A stretch of DNA of 64,000 nt from positions 6,361-70,360 of the forward strand of contig JAGVQM010000012.1 in assembly GCA_020051695.1 (NCBI GenBank), written 5' to 3'. The notes below the pieces were generated by a model. That model saw only the letters and a list, made by a program, of their open reading frames with translations. It was not told where the DNA came from and did not search any database. This DNA is from Candidatus Zixiibacteriota bacterium. Lineage in GTDB: Bacteria; Zixibacteria; MSB-5A5; WJJR01; JAJRUJ01. Of the stretch, positions 9,967 through 19,960 are shown piece after piece; within the stretch, counting starts at the first letter, position 1, and each line of letters begins with the position of its first letter. Made by a program: the position numbers and the translations under genes.

Positions 9967-11182
9967 GATACAGCCAACATTGAATGCCGCCTCCCCGCGA
10001 GTAATTCTGCTGGCCGGCAAAGGCGGTGTCGGCAAAACGACAATTGCCGCGGCGACCGGCCTGGCTTGCGCGCGCGCCGGGAAAAAGACATTGATCATCT
10101 CCCTGGATGCCGCCCACTCCCTTGCCGATTCGTTTGATATACCCGCCGGCTTGCACGATAAACATCAGGGCGCTCCCCTGGCCGTTGCCGAGCGGCTCGA
10201 CATCCAGGAGTTGGACATTCAGGAAGAGATTATCCGCTATTGGGGTGAAGTCTACCAGTATGTCACGACCCTGCTGGCCTCGACAGGGCTGGAGGATGTC
10301 GTCGCCGAAGAGCTGGCGGTGTTCCCCGGCATGGACGATGTCGTCGGATTGCTCTATCTCAATAAATATGCCAAAGAAAAAACCTACGAGGTGATTGTGC
10401 TGGATTGCGCGCCGACCGGGGAGGCGCTGCGTTTTATCTCCATGCCCCAGACGCTGGACTGGTATTACCGGAAATTTTTCAAACTCGAGCGCAACCTGAT
10501 GCGGCTGGCACGGCCGGTGGTCAAACGGACGATGTCGGTCCCGGTCCCCGAGGATGTTGTCTATCACGACCTGGAATCGCTGTTCCTCCGGCTGGAAGGG
10601 GTAGACCGGTTGCTGCTGGACAATTCGATCACCACCGTGCGGCTGGTGACCAACCCGGAGCGGATGGTGATCAAGGAAACCCAGCGGGCCTATATGTACT
10701 TTTCCCTGTACCGCATGACCACCGATGCCATCATTGTCAACCGGCTGTTTCCCGAACAGATCACCGACGGGTACTACCGGCAGTGGCTGCAAACTCAGAA
10801 AAAACACCTGCAGGAAATCGAGGAGATATTCGCGCCGGTGCCGATCCGTAAGGTGCGGTTATTCGAAGATGAAATCCTGGGTGTTGACCGGCTGAATGCG
10901 CTGGGGCGGGAATTGTTCGCCGAACTCGATCCGGCGGCCATTTGGTATGATACTCCCCCTGATCGGTTTACCCGTGGCGAACACGGCGAGTATTTGCTGG
11001 AAATGCACCTGCCGTTTGTCAGCGCCCCCGAATTGCAATTGCACAGGGAAAAGGACGAACTGATTGTCCGCATAGGAAATTTCAAGCGACAGGTCCAACT
11101 CCCCCGGGCGGTGCGGCGGCTGGCCCACAAAAAAGCAAAAATTATCGGGGGAACATTGTATATTACGTTTGACGTTGAATGA
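9959..11182 (+). CDS. ArsA/GET3-family P-loop ATPase with C-terminal HSP20-like domain
   Basis: Deviant Walker A (ILLAGKGGVGKTTIAAAT) and the DTAPTGH-type signature (LDCAPTGEALRF). The C-terminal ~90 aa form an alpha-crystallin-like beta-sandwich. The start is probably the GTG at 9959 (VNEIQ...) rather than the ATG at 9839, which would add an atypical 40-aa extension. Confidence 0.75.
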   Translation: MNEIQPTLNAASPRVILLAGKGGVGKTTIAAATGLACARAGKKTLIISLDAAHSLADSFDIPAGLHDKHQGAPLAVAERLDIQELDIQEEIIRYWGEVYQYVTTLLASTGLEDVVAEELAVFPGMDDVVGLLYLNKYAKEKTYEVIVLDCAPTGEALRFISMPQTLDWYYRKFFKLERNLMRLARPVVKRTMSVPVPEDVVYHDLESLFLRLEGVDRLLLDNSITTVRLVTNPERMVIKETQRAYMYFSLYRMTTDAIIVNRLFPEQITDGYYRQWLQTQKKHLQEIEEIFAPVPIRKVRLFEDEILGVDRLNALGRELFAELDPAAIWYDTPPDRFTRGEHGEYLLEMHLPFVSAPELQLHREKDELIVRIGNFKRQVQLPRAVRRLAHKKAKIIGGTLYITFDVE

Positions 11183-11463
11183 CGGGAATGCTGATGGGTG
11201 AGAAAGCCAAAGACAACGCTGAATGGCTGATGGAGACAGTTCGCGACCTGCTGGAGACCGGCGCGCTGGTCGTGGATGAATTAATCGATACGATCAATCC
11301 CTCCGAGGCGGAGTGCCTTCGCGCCAGGCGGAAATTCTGGGAATGCAACGCTAAAATCGCGGCCGGTCTGGCCGGTTTCGCCGAACGCCGTGCGCGTGAT
11401 TTGCAATCACCGCCCGCCCCGCAACGCCACGCCGACCGGATCGTCGTCGATGACGGCGAGTAA
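11179..11463 (+). CDS. small hypothetical protein (94 aa), translationally coupled to the ArsA-like ATPase
   Basis: The ATG overlaps the ArsA TGA (ATGA). It is acidic and helical (EWLMETVRDLLETGALVVDELIDTINPSEAE) with two Cys residues. I see no recognisable domain. Confidence 0.45.
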   Translation: MTGMLMGEKAKDNAEWLMETVRDLLETGALVVDELIDTINPSEAECLRARRKFWECNAKIAAGLAGFAERRARDLQSPPAPQRHADRIVVDDGE

Positions 11464-11513
11464 TATCCCGCATCTCCTGTGCGCGGCAGATGTCCACATC
11501 TGCCCGATCGATC

Positions 11514-12866
11514 CTACTGCCGCCGCGCCGTATAGGTCAGCAGCACTTCCTGCCCCGCCGGCACCGCAAGATCAAACTCGGCGGTATTGGCATCTTTCTG
11601 GCGGTGCTGGTGCGACGGGCGGAGAATCTGCCAGTCCCCCCACAGGTGTTCGATCACTGTGATGGTGACCGCTTCTTCCTTGCGATTGCGCAGAGAAACT
11701 TCAATATCTTCTTCGGTGATATATTTGGTCACATTTCGGCGGTCTTTGACCGTGCGTTCGCCGACGATATCAAAGGCATTGCCCAGATACACGCGGACTT
11801 TTTCGTCCTTGGGCGTATGGTCGATTTCATCCTCGCCGACAAATTCCAGCGAACCGTCGTCATCGGCCTTCATCACCCGGATTTTACCCTTGGGCAGCGG
11901 GAGGCCCAGGCCCGCCTCGGCGGAATTTTTGAATTCGACATTGACTTTGATTTTTTGGCCGTCACGCGCACCGTCATAGGTGAAAACTTTGGCGGCGCGG
12001 ACATCGGCCGGGGCAAACAGAGAAAGCTGCTTGGTTTCGTTATCGCGCACCGTGGCCGGGCGGGTCAGGGTATACAGGTGATATTCAAAAAACGCTTTCT
12101 CTTCAAAAGCCGGTGCGGCAGCGGCGCGCATGGTCATCATGTCGGCTTCCGGCCAGCGCTGTTGTTTTGGTTCTTGTATGGTGTGGACGTCCCCGGCAAT
12201 CAGTTTTAACCTGGCGTTTTCATATGTGGCGCCGGAACGGTTGTCGATCGACACCCAGCCGGCGAGGTTTAATCCCTTGTCGTCAGAGGTAACCGTGGCG
12301 ACATACTCGGCATGCCAGTTGATTTGCCTGGTCAAATACCGCACCTCGCCCGGATGTTTGCCGGAGATCTCGGAATCCAGCAGCCACACGAGTGTCGGCC
12401 GGGTAATCAACCCGTCGGGCAGCACAGGGAACGACATGTCGCGCACGTTTTCCCGGTTGATAATGCGAATCCCGCCCTCGGGTTCCTGCAACGTCAATCC
12501 CCCCTGCACCGACAGCAGCGTACCCTCAAAGAGCTTGTCCTCTTTGGTCACCACCTGGATCGGGCGGTCAATGTATTTTTCCAGAATCTTGTCGGCACCG
12601 ACCAGGTCGTATTGGAAATTTTGTTCGAGGATTTGCACGCGTTCGGGCGCGTCAACCACCGTAAAACTGACCGAAGTCGGGTCAATTGCGGCGGCCACGT
12701 CGGTGAATTTCAGCGTATTCACCCCGGTGGTGAAATCCAATTGCCGAACATCCTTGACCAGCGCCAGGTCGTTGTTGTACACAGTTAAACCGACTTCCCC
12801 CCTACCCGCGGCGGCCCAACTGCCGACCAGTAACAAACAACCTGCAACAAGCCGGAACATGTTCAT
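11514..12866 (-). CDS. DUF4139 (N-terminal DUF4140) domain protein, secreted
   Basis: Signal peptide (MFRLVAGCLLLVGSWAAA). The overall pattern (LTVYNNDLALVKDVR... NFQYDLVGADKILEKY ... IDNRSGATYENARLKLIAGD ...) matches the mucoidy-inhibitor-A-like DUF4139 family. AGGAG lies upstream of the ATG. Confidence 0.55.
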   Translation of the reverse strand: MNMFRLVAGCLLLVGSWAAAGRGEVGLTVYNNDLALVKDVRQLDFTTGVNTLKFTDVAAAIDPTSVSFTVVDAPERVQILEQNFQYDLVGADKILEKYIDRPIQVVTKEDKLFEGTLLSVQGGLTLQEPEGGIRIINRENVRDMSFPVLPDGLITRPTLVWLLDSEISGKHPGEVRYLTRQINWHAEYVATVTSDDKGLNLAGWVSIDNRSGATYENARLKLIAGDVHTIQEPKQQRWPEADMMTMRAAAAPAFEEKAFFEYHLYTLTRPATVRDNETKQLSLFAPADVRAAKVFTYDGARDGQKIKVNVEFKNSAEAGLGLPLPKGKIRVMKADDDGSLEFVGEDEIDHTPKDEKVRVYLGNAFDIVGERTVKDRRNVTKYITEEDIEVSLRNRKEEAVTITVIEHLWGDWQILRPSHQHRQKDANTAEFDLAVPAGQEVLLTYTARRQ

Positions 12867-13104
12867 GATATACACTCCTTTGGCAAATGAAAATTACACA
12901 TCCTCAGAAATCCAATGTAGGGACCGCAAGCCGCGCGGCAAGGGCAAATTCTCCCACTGCCGCAGTTTTTTCTATCACCCGGCGGGGCACCCTGGGCAAA
13001 CAGCGGCCGATGTGCGGTCTCCCCCGCCTCCGCCCGCATATGAAACGCCCGGCGCGTGATTTGTTTACACGCTCCGGGCGGATAAAACCGATTTTTCGAT
13101 GAAA

Positions 13105-15744
13105 TTACCAGCCGACCAGTTTTTCGAGATGCTCACTCAACTGCTTGATCATTGTCTCGAAATCCTTGCATTTTGCTCGTTCTTTGGCCACGACATCGTG
13201 GGGCGCACGGGCGAGGAAATCCTTGTTGGCCAGCTTCTTGTTGATTTTCTCCTGCTGGTCGGTAACACGCTGGAGTTCTTTTTCCAGCCGCTGACGCTCG
13301 GCGTCAATATCGATCACGCCGTCCAGCGGAATGAAAATCTCGGCGTCGCGGATGACAGCCGAAGCGGCAAGTGAGGGTTTGCTGACCTCCGCGCCGACCA
13401 CGAGTTTCTCCAGCCGGCCGAGGATGCAGATGTTTTCTTCGTACGTCTTCAGGTTTTGCGCGAGTTTCTTGCGCTCGGTGCGGACGATGGCCTCCACCTT
13501 TTTCCCCGGCGGAATTTTCATTTCTGCGCGGGTCGTGCGAATAGCGGAGATGACCGCCTGAACCTGCTCCATGTCCGCTTCCAGCTTGGCATCGATCCAC
13601 TGCTTGTCCGCTTCCGGCCAGCCGCCGACAACGATATGCTCGCTTAACCCGTCATTCATGAACGACCACAATTCCTCGGTCACAAAAGGCATAAACGGAT
13701 GCAACAACTGCACGATACGGCGCAGGACCACGCGGGCCACTTCCCGCGCAATCGCCCGTTCCGGGGTATCTTCCGCGATGTAAAAGCGGGGCTTGGCCAT
13801 CTCCAGATACCAATCACAGTAATCACCCCAGATAAACTCGTACAAGCCACGGGCGGCGGCGTTAAATTTGAATGAATTCAGGTTTTCATTTACATTCGCC
13901 ACCGCCTGGGCCAGCCGGCTGAGAATCCAGCGGTCGGACAAATGCAGGTCTTTCTTGCGGGCCGCCAGATCGATGGCTACAGGTTCATCGGGTTGATTAG
14001 CCAACACCAGGCGGGCCGCATTCCACAGTTTATTCGCGAAATTGCGGCCATGCTCGAACGTATTGTATTCGATCAGCGGGTCCTGGCCTTCGGGAGCGGC
14101 CAGTACCAGACTGATCCGCAACGCGTCAGTCCCGTAATCCCTGATGATATCGCGCGGGTCGATGCCGTTGCCCAGCGATTTAGACATCCGGCGGCCCTGG
14201 CCGTCCCGCACCGTACCGTGGATATACACGTCAGAAAACGGAATCTCCCCCATAAACTCGCAGCCGGACATCACCATCCGGGCCACCCACAAATAAATAA
14301 TTTCTGAAGCGGTGAACAGCGACGCCGTTGGATAAAAGGCCTTCAATTCCGGTGTTTGCTCCGGCCAGCCGAACGTCGAAAACGGCCACAGCCAGGAGGA
14401 AAACCAGGTATCCAGCACATCTTCATCCTGCGTGTATTCGCCATTATCTGGTGGAGTGGCCGAAACCAGCATCTCGCCGGTCTTTTTGTTGGTATACACC
14501 GGAATGCGGTGGCCCCACCACAGTTGGCGGGAAATGCACCAGTCGCGGATGTTTTCCATCCAGTGCAGGTAGACTTTGCTCCAGTGATCGGGATGAAAGG
14601 TGATCCGGCCGGATTTTACCGCTTCAATGGCCGGCCCGGCCAGCTCTTTCATCTTGACGAACCACTGCTCAGACAGAAGCGGCTCAATAACCGTGCTGCA
14701 GCGATAGCAACGCCCGGCGGTCAGCTTATATGGCTCAACCTTTTCCAGCAAACCCGCCTTCTCCAAATCGGCGACGATCTGCTTGCGGGCTTCGTACCGG
14801 TCCAGTCGCTTATATGGTCCACCCTGCCGGTTAATCGTCGCCTCGAGGGTCATGATGTTGATTTTCTCGAGGTTGTGTTTTTCGGCAAGTATGAAGTCGT
14901 TCGGGTCATGAGCGGGAGTCACTTTCAACACGCCGGTGCCGAATTCTGGATCGATATACTGGTCCGCAATAATCGGCAGACGGCGTCCGAGCAGCGGCAG
15001 GATAGCTGTCTTGCCGATGTACGCTTTATAACGTTTGTCCCTGGGCGAGACGGCAATCGCGGTATCGCCCAGCATGGTCTCCGGCCGGGTCGTCGCCACC
15101 GTAAGGGACCCGCCTTCTTCCAGCGGGTATTTAATATACCACAGCGAGCTGTCTTCTTCCTGCCGCTCAAGCTCATCGTCGGAAAGCGTTGTTCGACAAC
15201 TGGGGCACCAATTGACAATATACTTTCCCCGGTAGATGAGACCCTTTTCATACAACCGGGCAAAAACCTCCACGACCGCCTTCGACAGCCCCTCGTCCAA
15301 GGTAAACCGGGTCCGGCGCCAGTCGCATGAGCAACCCATATCCTGCAATTGCCGCAGAATCTCGCCCCCATGCTTTTCTTTCCATTGCCAGACCCGCTCG
15401 ACGAATTTCTCTCGCCCAATGTCCCGCCGATCCAAGCCTTCGCTTTTAAGCTGCTTTTCCACAACGACCTGGGTGGCAATCCCGGCATGATCGGTCCCCG
15501 GCAACCATTCGGTCTCGTATCCCGCCATTCGTTTTTGGCGGATGAGGATATCCTGCAGCGTGTTGTTCAACGCATGGCCGAGGTGCAAAATATTAGTTAC
15601 ATTCGGCGGAGGGATTACGATGGAATACCGCGGTTTTTTGGAGGTGGGGTCCGCATGGAAATACCCCCTTTCCTCCCAGATCGGGGCCCATCGCGCCTGC
15701 GCGGCATGTGGATCGTAGTTTTTTGCGAGTTCTGCCTTCCCCAT
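13105..15744 (-). CDS. valS: valine--tRNA ligase
   Basis: 879 aa. HIGH motif (NVTNILHLGHALN), KMSKS motif (RMSKSLGNGIDP), class-I editing and anticodon-binding regions, and a C-terminal coiled coil. Confidence 0.97.
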   Translation of the reverse strand: MGKAELAKNYDPHAAQARWAPIWEERGYFHADPTSKKPRYSIVIPPPNVTNILHLGHALNNTLQDILIRQKRMAGYETEWLPGTDHAGIATQVVVEKQLKSEGLDRRDIGREKFVERVWQWKEKHGGEILRQLQDMGCSCDWRRTRFTLDEGLSKAVVEVFARLYEKGLIYRGKYIVNWCPSCRTTLSDDELERQEEDSSLWYIKYPLEEGGSLTVATTRPETMLGDTAIAVSPRDKRYKAYIGKTAILPLLGRRLPIIADQYIDPEFGTGVLKVTPAHDPNDFILAEKHNLEKINIMTLEATINRQGGPYKRLDRYEARKQIVADLEKAGLLEKVEPYKLTAGRCYRCSTVIEPLLSEQWFVKMKELAGPAIEAVKSGRITFHPDHWSKVYLHWMENIRDWCISRQLWWGHRIPVYTNKKTGEMLVSATPPDNGEYTQDEDVLDTWFSSWLWPFSTFGWPEQTPELKAFYPTASLFTASEIIYLWVARMVMSGCEFMGEIPFSDVYIHGTVRDGQGRRMSKSLGNGIDPRDIIRDYGTDALRISLVLAAPEGQDPLIEYNTFEHGRNFANKLWNAARLVLANQPDEPVAIDLAARKKDLHLSDRWILSRLAQAVANVNENLNSFKFNAAARGLYEFIWGDYCDWYLEMAKPRFYIAEDTPERAIAREVARVVLRRIVQLLHPFMPFVTEELWSFMNDGLSEHIVVGGWPEADKQWIDAKLEADMEQVQAVISAIRTTRAEMKIPPGKKVEAIVRTERKKLAQNLKTYEENICILGRLEKLVVGAEVSKPSLAASAVIRDAEIFIPLDGVIDIDAERQRLEKELQRVTDQQEKINKKLANKDFLARAPHDVVAKERAKCKDFETMIKQLSEHLEKLVGW

Positions 15745-15960
15745 GGATGTTCTCCTTGCCGAATATCAGCACGATGTATATACGCATTGGCACCTAAAGT
15801 CAAGGGGCACGGGCCCCCCAGCGGGACGGTCGGTCAACGGCACAGCACCGGCGCCCACCCCGATTGACCTAGTATCGGCACACAGTGCCATTTCCCACAT
15901 ATCTTCTGGAGGTAAGAACTACCGTAATCCATTGAATTACAATAAATAGCAAGGTGCGTG

Positions 15961-17886
15961 CTACCGCCCGTGTGCTGCCTGGCGCGCGGTCGCAAGATAA
16001 TCCTGCACACCCCGTGTGATCTCTTGCGCAATCCGCTGTTGGAATTTTTCATCTTGAAGCGATTCTTCCTGCTCCGGCAACAGCATGAAGGCACATTCAA
16101 CCAAAATCGACGGGTATTGGCTCGGGCGCAAGACCGCAAAATTGGCGTGGTACAAGCCATAATCCGGCAACCGGGTCGCTCGCAGGAGCCGTCGATGCAC
16201 ATTCCGGGCCAGCGCCATGCAGAACGGATGATAATAATAACTGCTTGTGCCGTGGTGCCGGTAGGGATTGATGCCGTCGGGCAGCGCATTGTTATGCACG
16301 GAGATGAAAAGATCGGCTTCGGCGGCGCGGGCGATTTGCGGGCGATCATACAATCCGACTTCGACATCGGCAGTGCGGGTCATGACCACTCTGGCGCCTT
16401 CTTTCTCCATTTCCCGCCGCAGTTTCAAAGCGATGGCCAGATTGGCGTCTTTTTCCATAAACCCGGTCGGCCCAATGGACCCGGGGGCCAGGGCATGCCC
16501 CGGATCAAGACAAACGGTCAAGCCCCGCAAGCCGTGTGACAGGTCCGGCGGCCTGCGGACCGACAAGCACAACTTACCCTCGCGATAATCGGCTTCATAA
16601 CCCCACAAGGGGCCGTGCGCGAGAAAAACAGTCAGATGGTACACTCCCGGTTCGTCCTGATTCCATTCGATCCGCTCGATCAGCTCATCATCGGGATCAT
16701 ACCGAATCCAATCGGTGTTTGTTGTGGCGCCAAATACAATCAAATGCAACGCCGGCCGGCCGGGATCGGCGGTGACTTTGAACGGCAGCCGGGAAGCCAA
16801 ATCCAGCGTGATATCGGTCCATTTTTCACGCGACCGGGTGCGCACGTAGGAGATCAGCCCGCTCGGCACCGGCGTACCGGCCGGCAGTAGTTGCGTTTTG
16901 GCGGTCTCGACCCAGCCGGTATGGCCCGGCGCCAGCCGGAGACGGCTCCATTCGCCATCCCCGCCGGCATACACGGCCCGCACACCGCGCGGCTGGAAAG
17001 CGCTCAGGTAACCCAGTCGCGGCCCGAAACGCAAAATCTGGACACTGTCGGTCAGTTCAACGACACGCGGAATGCCGCCGGCATTGATGGTCACGGACCC
17101 CGGCAACTCCTCCTGAACACACTTCGCATAACCGCAACAGACCATGATACTGTCCCGGCTGAACAGCGTATCGACGATGAGTGTATCACGCGCAAGGCAA
17201 ACCCAGACCACGGCAGAATCCAGCGCCAACCCCTCAGGAACCTCCCAGACCCCGGTATACCGGCCGGGCGATGGCCGGGGTATGCTCACCCCGTCCTCCC
17301 CGAAAACACCGCCCTCCGGCGCGGGAAGATACTCGGCGCCGCGTTCGATCATGGGGAATATCTGCTTGACTCCGTCAATGCGAAAACGTCCGACGCATCC
17401 GGGTGTTCCCCGGAATTCAACGGCCAGATAATCACCCGCAGTCAGGACTTGATGGCGCGAAGGCCTCAGTGTTGACTGCAGGATGGTCACACCCGAATCG
17501 GGAAGCGATAACCCGGGCGAACCGACCAGCACCGGCCAATCCAGTGTTGTTTCCCCGGCGGCATTGGCTGCCTGCAGATGATAGACAAAATTCCCCGTGT
17601 CCAGGGGCAGCCAGGCGAGGAATCCGCCGGTGCGATAAACAGAGACGGGCGTGCCGTTAATAATCAATTCCGCGCCCGGAGTTACCGAACCGAGGATGAA
17701 TGTCGAATCAAGATCACTGATTTGCCGGTTTTCTGGGGGGTAGACGACGTGTATTTCCGGCAGTGAGGTTGACCATGCAAACTGCGGCGACAGAAATATA
17801 CCGACCAGAATGCACCAAAAGCAGAACATAACCATGTCCGCCGCCTGTTTTGCGCAACCATATCGCGTTCCGGACAATTTTTGCAT
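15961..17886 (-). CDS. N-acetylmuramoyl-L-alanine amidase (Amidase_3) with large N-terminal domain
   Basis: The C-terminal ~200 aa match the AmiC-type zinc amidase fold (LTVCLDPGHA...DLFISVHNNA...ILVECAFM). There is an N-terminal signal/TM segment. The start may be an internal Met near 17835. Confidence 0.75.
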   Translation of the reverse strand: MQKLSGTRYGCAKQAADMVMFCFWCILVGIFLSPQFAWSTSLPEIHVVYPPENRQISDLDSTFILGSVTPGAELIINGTPVSVYRTGGFLAWLPLDTGNFVYHLQAANAAGETTLDWPVLVGSPGLSLPDSGVTILQSTLRPSRHQVLTAGDYLAVEFRGTPGCVGRFRIDGVKQIFPMIERGAEYLPAPEGGVFGEDGVSIPRPSPGRYTGVWEVPEGLALDSAVVWVCLARDTLIVDTLFSRDSIMVCCGYAKCVQEELPGSVTINAGGIPRVVELTDSVQILRFGPRLGYLSAFQPRGVRAVYAGGDGEWSRLRLAPGHTGWVETAKTQLLPAGTPVPSGLISYVRTRSREKWTDITLDLASRLPFKVTADPGRPALHLIVFGATTNTDWIRYDPDDELIERIEWNQDEPGVYHLTVFLAHGPLWGYEADYREGKLCLSVRRPPDLSHGLRGLTVCLDPGHALAPGSIGPTGFMEKDANLAIALKLRREMEKEGARVVMTRTADVEVGLYDRPQIARAAEADLFISVHNNALPDGINPYRHHGTSSYYYHPFCMALARNVHRRLLRATRLPDYGLYHANFAVLRPSQYPSILVECAFMLLPEQEESLQDEKFQQRIAQEITRGVQDYLATARQAAHGR

Positions 17887-18893
17887 CAGCTCTCCCCCCC
17901 GGTGACTCCGGTCCCTGCCCCTCCGGGCAGATGGATTGCGCCGTCCCGATGGACCATTCCCTGATACGGATCGGCGCTCAGCAATAGATGGCTGTCCAGA
18001 TCGAGATAGTCAAACATCCCCGCCAGATGCGCGGCGGCGGTGATGCTGACCGCACATTCGATCATACACCCCAGCATGAGTTTCAAGCCGCACGCCCGCG
18101 CCGTGGCGATAATATTCAACGCCGGAATAATCCCGCCGCATTTCATCAGTTTGACATTAATGCCATCCACCAGATCGGCATAGCGGAGCACATCAGCGGG
18201 GGTGCGGCAGCCCTCATCGGCAAAAATCGGGACCGGCGAATTGTGCCGGAGCTCCCCCAACCGCTCCCGCAACTCGGGCGGCAGCGGTTGTTCGATCAGT
18301 TCCACGCCGACCTCGGCCAATTTCCGGACATTAGCCAGCGCCGTGGGAAAATCCCATCCGCCGTTGGCGTCCACCCGCAGGCGTTTGCCGCTTTGCGCCG
18401 CGATCTGCGCGACCCGGTCCACGTCCCCCGGATAGCCGACTTTAATTTTAAACACGCGCGTGCCGGGGAACCGCGCCATCCGCCGCAAGGTGCCCTCTAC
18501 GCGGTCGATACCTATGGAGATTGTCGATTCCTGGCCCTCCGGATTCGGCAGACCTAGGAATTTATACAACGGCAATCCGACTTCCCGCGCCGCGCGGTCA
18601 TGCAAAGCCAGATCGACTGCTGCCCGGGCCGCAGGGTTCCCGGGCAGCAGGGCATCGGCACACTCATGAAAACCGACCAGATCAAAAGGATCTTCGCTGA
18701 CACACTCGGCCAGCCGGGGCAGGGCCGCCAGCACGGTTGCGGTGGTCTCGTCGCAGGTTGTCGATGGCGCCGCCGCGCCGGTGCCGGCGCCGGCAGACAC
18801 GATAATATTGGTTTTCTTCTCCGTGCGCGCATAGGCGATTTCGAACGGTTCGGCCAGCGTGAGATCGACAGTTTTCCAGGTGAGTAAACTCAT
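17886..18893 (-). CDS. dipeptide (L-Ala-D/L-Glu) epimerase, enolase superfamily
   Basis: Mandelate-racemase/muconate-lactonizing fold motifs: KIKVG, VDANGGW, LIEQP and FADEGC. The start is chosen at MSLLTWK (18893), 1 nt after the stop of the upstream C39-like gene. Confidence 0.75.
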   Translation of the reverse strand: MSLLTWKTVDLTLAEPFEIAYARTEKKTNIIVSAGAGTGAAAPSTTCDETTATVLAALPRLAECVSEDPFDLVGFHECADALLPGNPAARAAVDLALHDRAAREVGLPLYKFLGLPNPEGQESTISIGIDRVEGTLRRMARFPGTRVFKIKVGYPGDVDRVAQIAAQSGKRLRVDANGGWDFPTALANVRKLAEVGVELIEQPLPPELRERLGELRHNSPVPIFADEGCRTPADVLRYADLVDGINVKLMKCGGIIPALNIIATARACGLKLMLGCMIECAVSITAAAHLAGMFDYLDLDSHLLLSADPYQGMVHRDGAIHLPGGAGTGVTGGES

Positions 18894-18894
18894 G

Positions 18895-19884
18895 TCACAA
18901 CTCCTTAGGCACGGCATGCAGGGCGATGCCGCCGTGCCCCAGCCAGGCGCGGCTGAACGCCCGCCGGTCATAGGCAATCATACCCGTATTGACGGTGCGT
19001 CCTGCCGGATCGTTGACCAGCACATCGCCGCTCTCGGTAAAGCCGCGCACGACCAGCAGATGTCCGCCGGTCTTTGCTATCGGCGCTCCGGGCAGTCCGC
19101 CCGATCCAAAGGCCAGCGAAGTAATCACGGGGCGTCCTGCCTTGACACTGCGATAAAGCTCTCCCACCGAACGGTGCCGCTGCACCCAAGCGCGCAGTCC
19201 ATAGCTGGACATGGCCGCGACAGTCAGCGACCAGTTGCCGTACAATTGGTGTCGGCGATCATAGGCCAGGCGCGCTACTTGCTGAACACCGGCCTCAATC
19301 CCCCAGAAGCGCAGCACCATTGTCGCCGAAGTGGGACAGCACAAGGAATCATCGGCGGCGGTGCCCTCGGCAAACTGCGAGATAAACTCCACCGGAAGTG
19401 CGACGGGCGAAAAATCCGCTGGGCCGTCTGCCGAAAACTCGATCTCGTTTGTTACCGCTTCCGAATTATCCAAAGTGACGCCAAGCCGGATTATGTTGGC
19501 CGTTTCATCACCCGAATGCTGCTGCGAGATGATCGTCAATTCGCGGATTGCCGTGCCGAGGCGCAAAACATCGACATGCACCGGCGGGGGAAATTTTTGT
19601 CCCTCAGGGACGGCTGCTGAAGGCGCCGCCCATTCGATCAGCGGCACACACGTTGTCTCCCTCTCGCCCACCCGAAACTCGATCCGGCCCTTTGCTCCGG
19701 CAGTCCCGTTTGGGGAAAGGATTACCCGGTCAAAGGGGGCGGACACGCGGATGACGGGATAGCGGTATTCCCGACAGCCCGCTGAGATGCCGCCTTTCAG
19801 GAAAACCGTCGCGGGCATCCCCGCGATGGTCTGCCCGGTATACTGTGCCGGGAAATCCGCCATACCCGTGAATGTAACTACCAA
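18895..19884 (-). CDS. peptidase C39-like (papain-fold cysteine peptidase) domain protein
   Basis: Catalytic-Cys block DSLCCPTSATMVLRFWG, His block GGHLLVVRGF and the VNDP Asp, typical of YvpB/C39_2-type peptidases. It is first in an operon with the epimerase and amidase. Confidence 0.6.
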   Translation of the reverse strand: MVVTFTGMADFPAQYTGQTIAGMPATVFLKGGISAGCREYRYPVIRVSAPFDRVILSPNGTAGAKGRIEFRVGERETTCVPLIEWAAPSAAVPEGQKFPPPVHVDVLRLGTAIRELTIISQQHSGDETANIIRLGVTLDNSEAVTNEIEFSADGPADFSPVALPVEFISQFAEGTAADDSLCCPTSATMVLRFWGIEAGVQQVARLAYDRRHQLYGNWSLTVAAMSSYGLRAWVQRHRSVGELYRSVKAGRPVITSLAFGSGGLPGAPIAKTGGHLLVVRGFTESGDVLVNDPAGRTVNTGMIAYDRRAFSRAWLGHGGIALHAVPKEL

Positions 19885-19898
19885 CGCGGGAAGGACAA

Positions 19899-19932
19899 CA
19901 AAAAAACCGGCCCCGGAATCCGTTCCGGGGCC
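19899..19932 (-). terminator. Rho-independent terminator after the PorV-family gene
   Basis: On the minus strand: CCGGCCCCGG-aacggatt-CCGGGGCCGG followed by TTTTTTTT. Confidence 0.75.
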
Positions 19933-19960
19933 GGTCCGCTTCCTTGCGTCCTACACGGGA

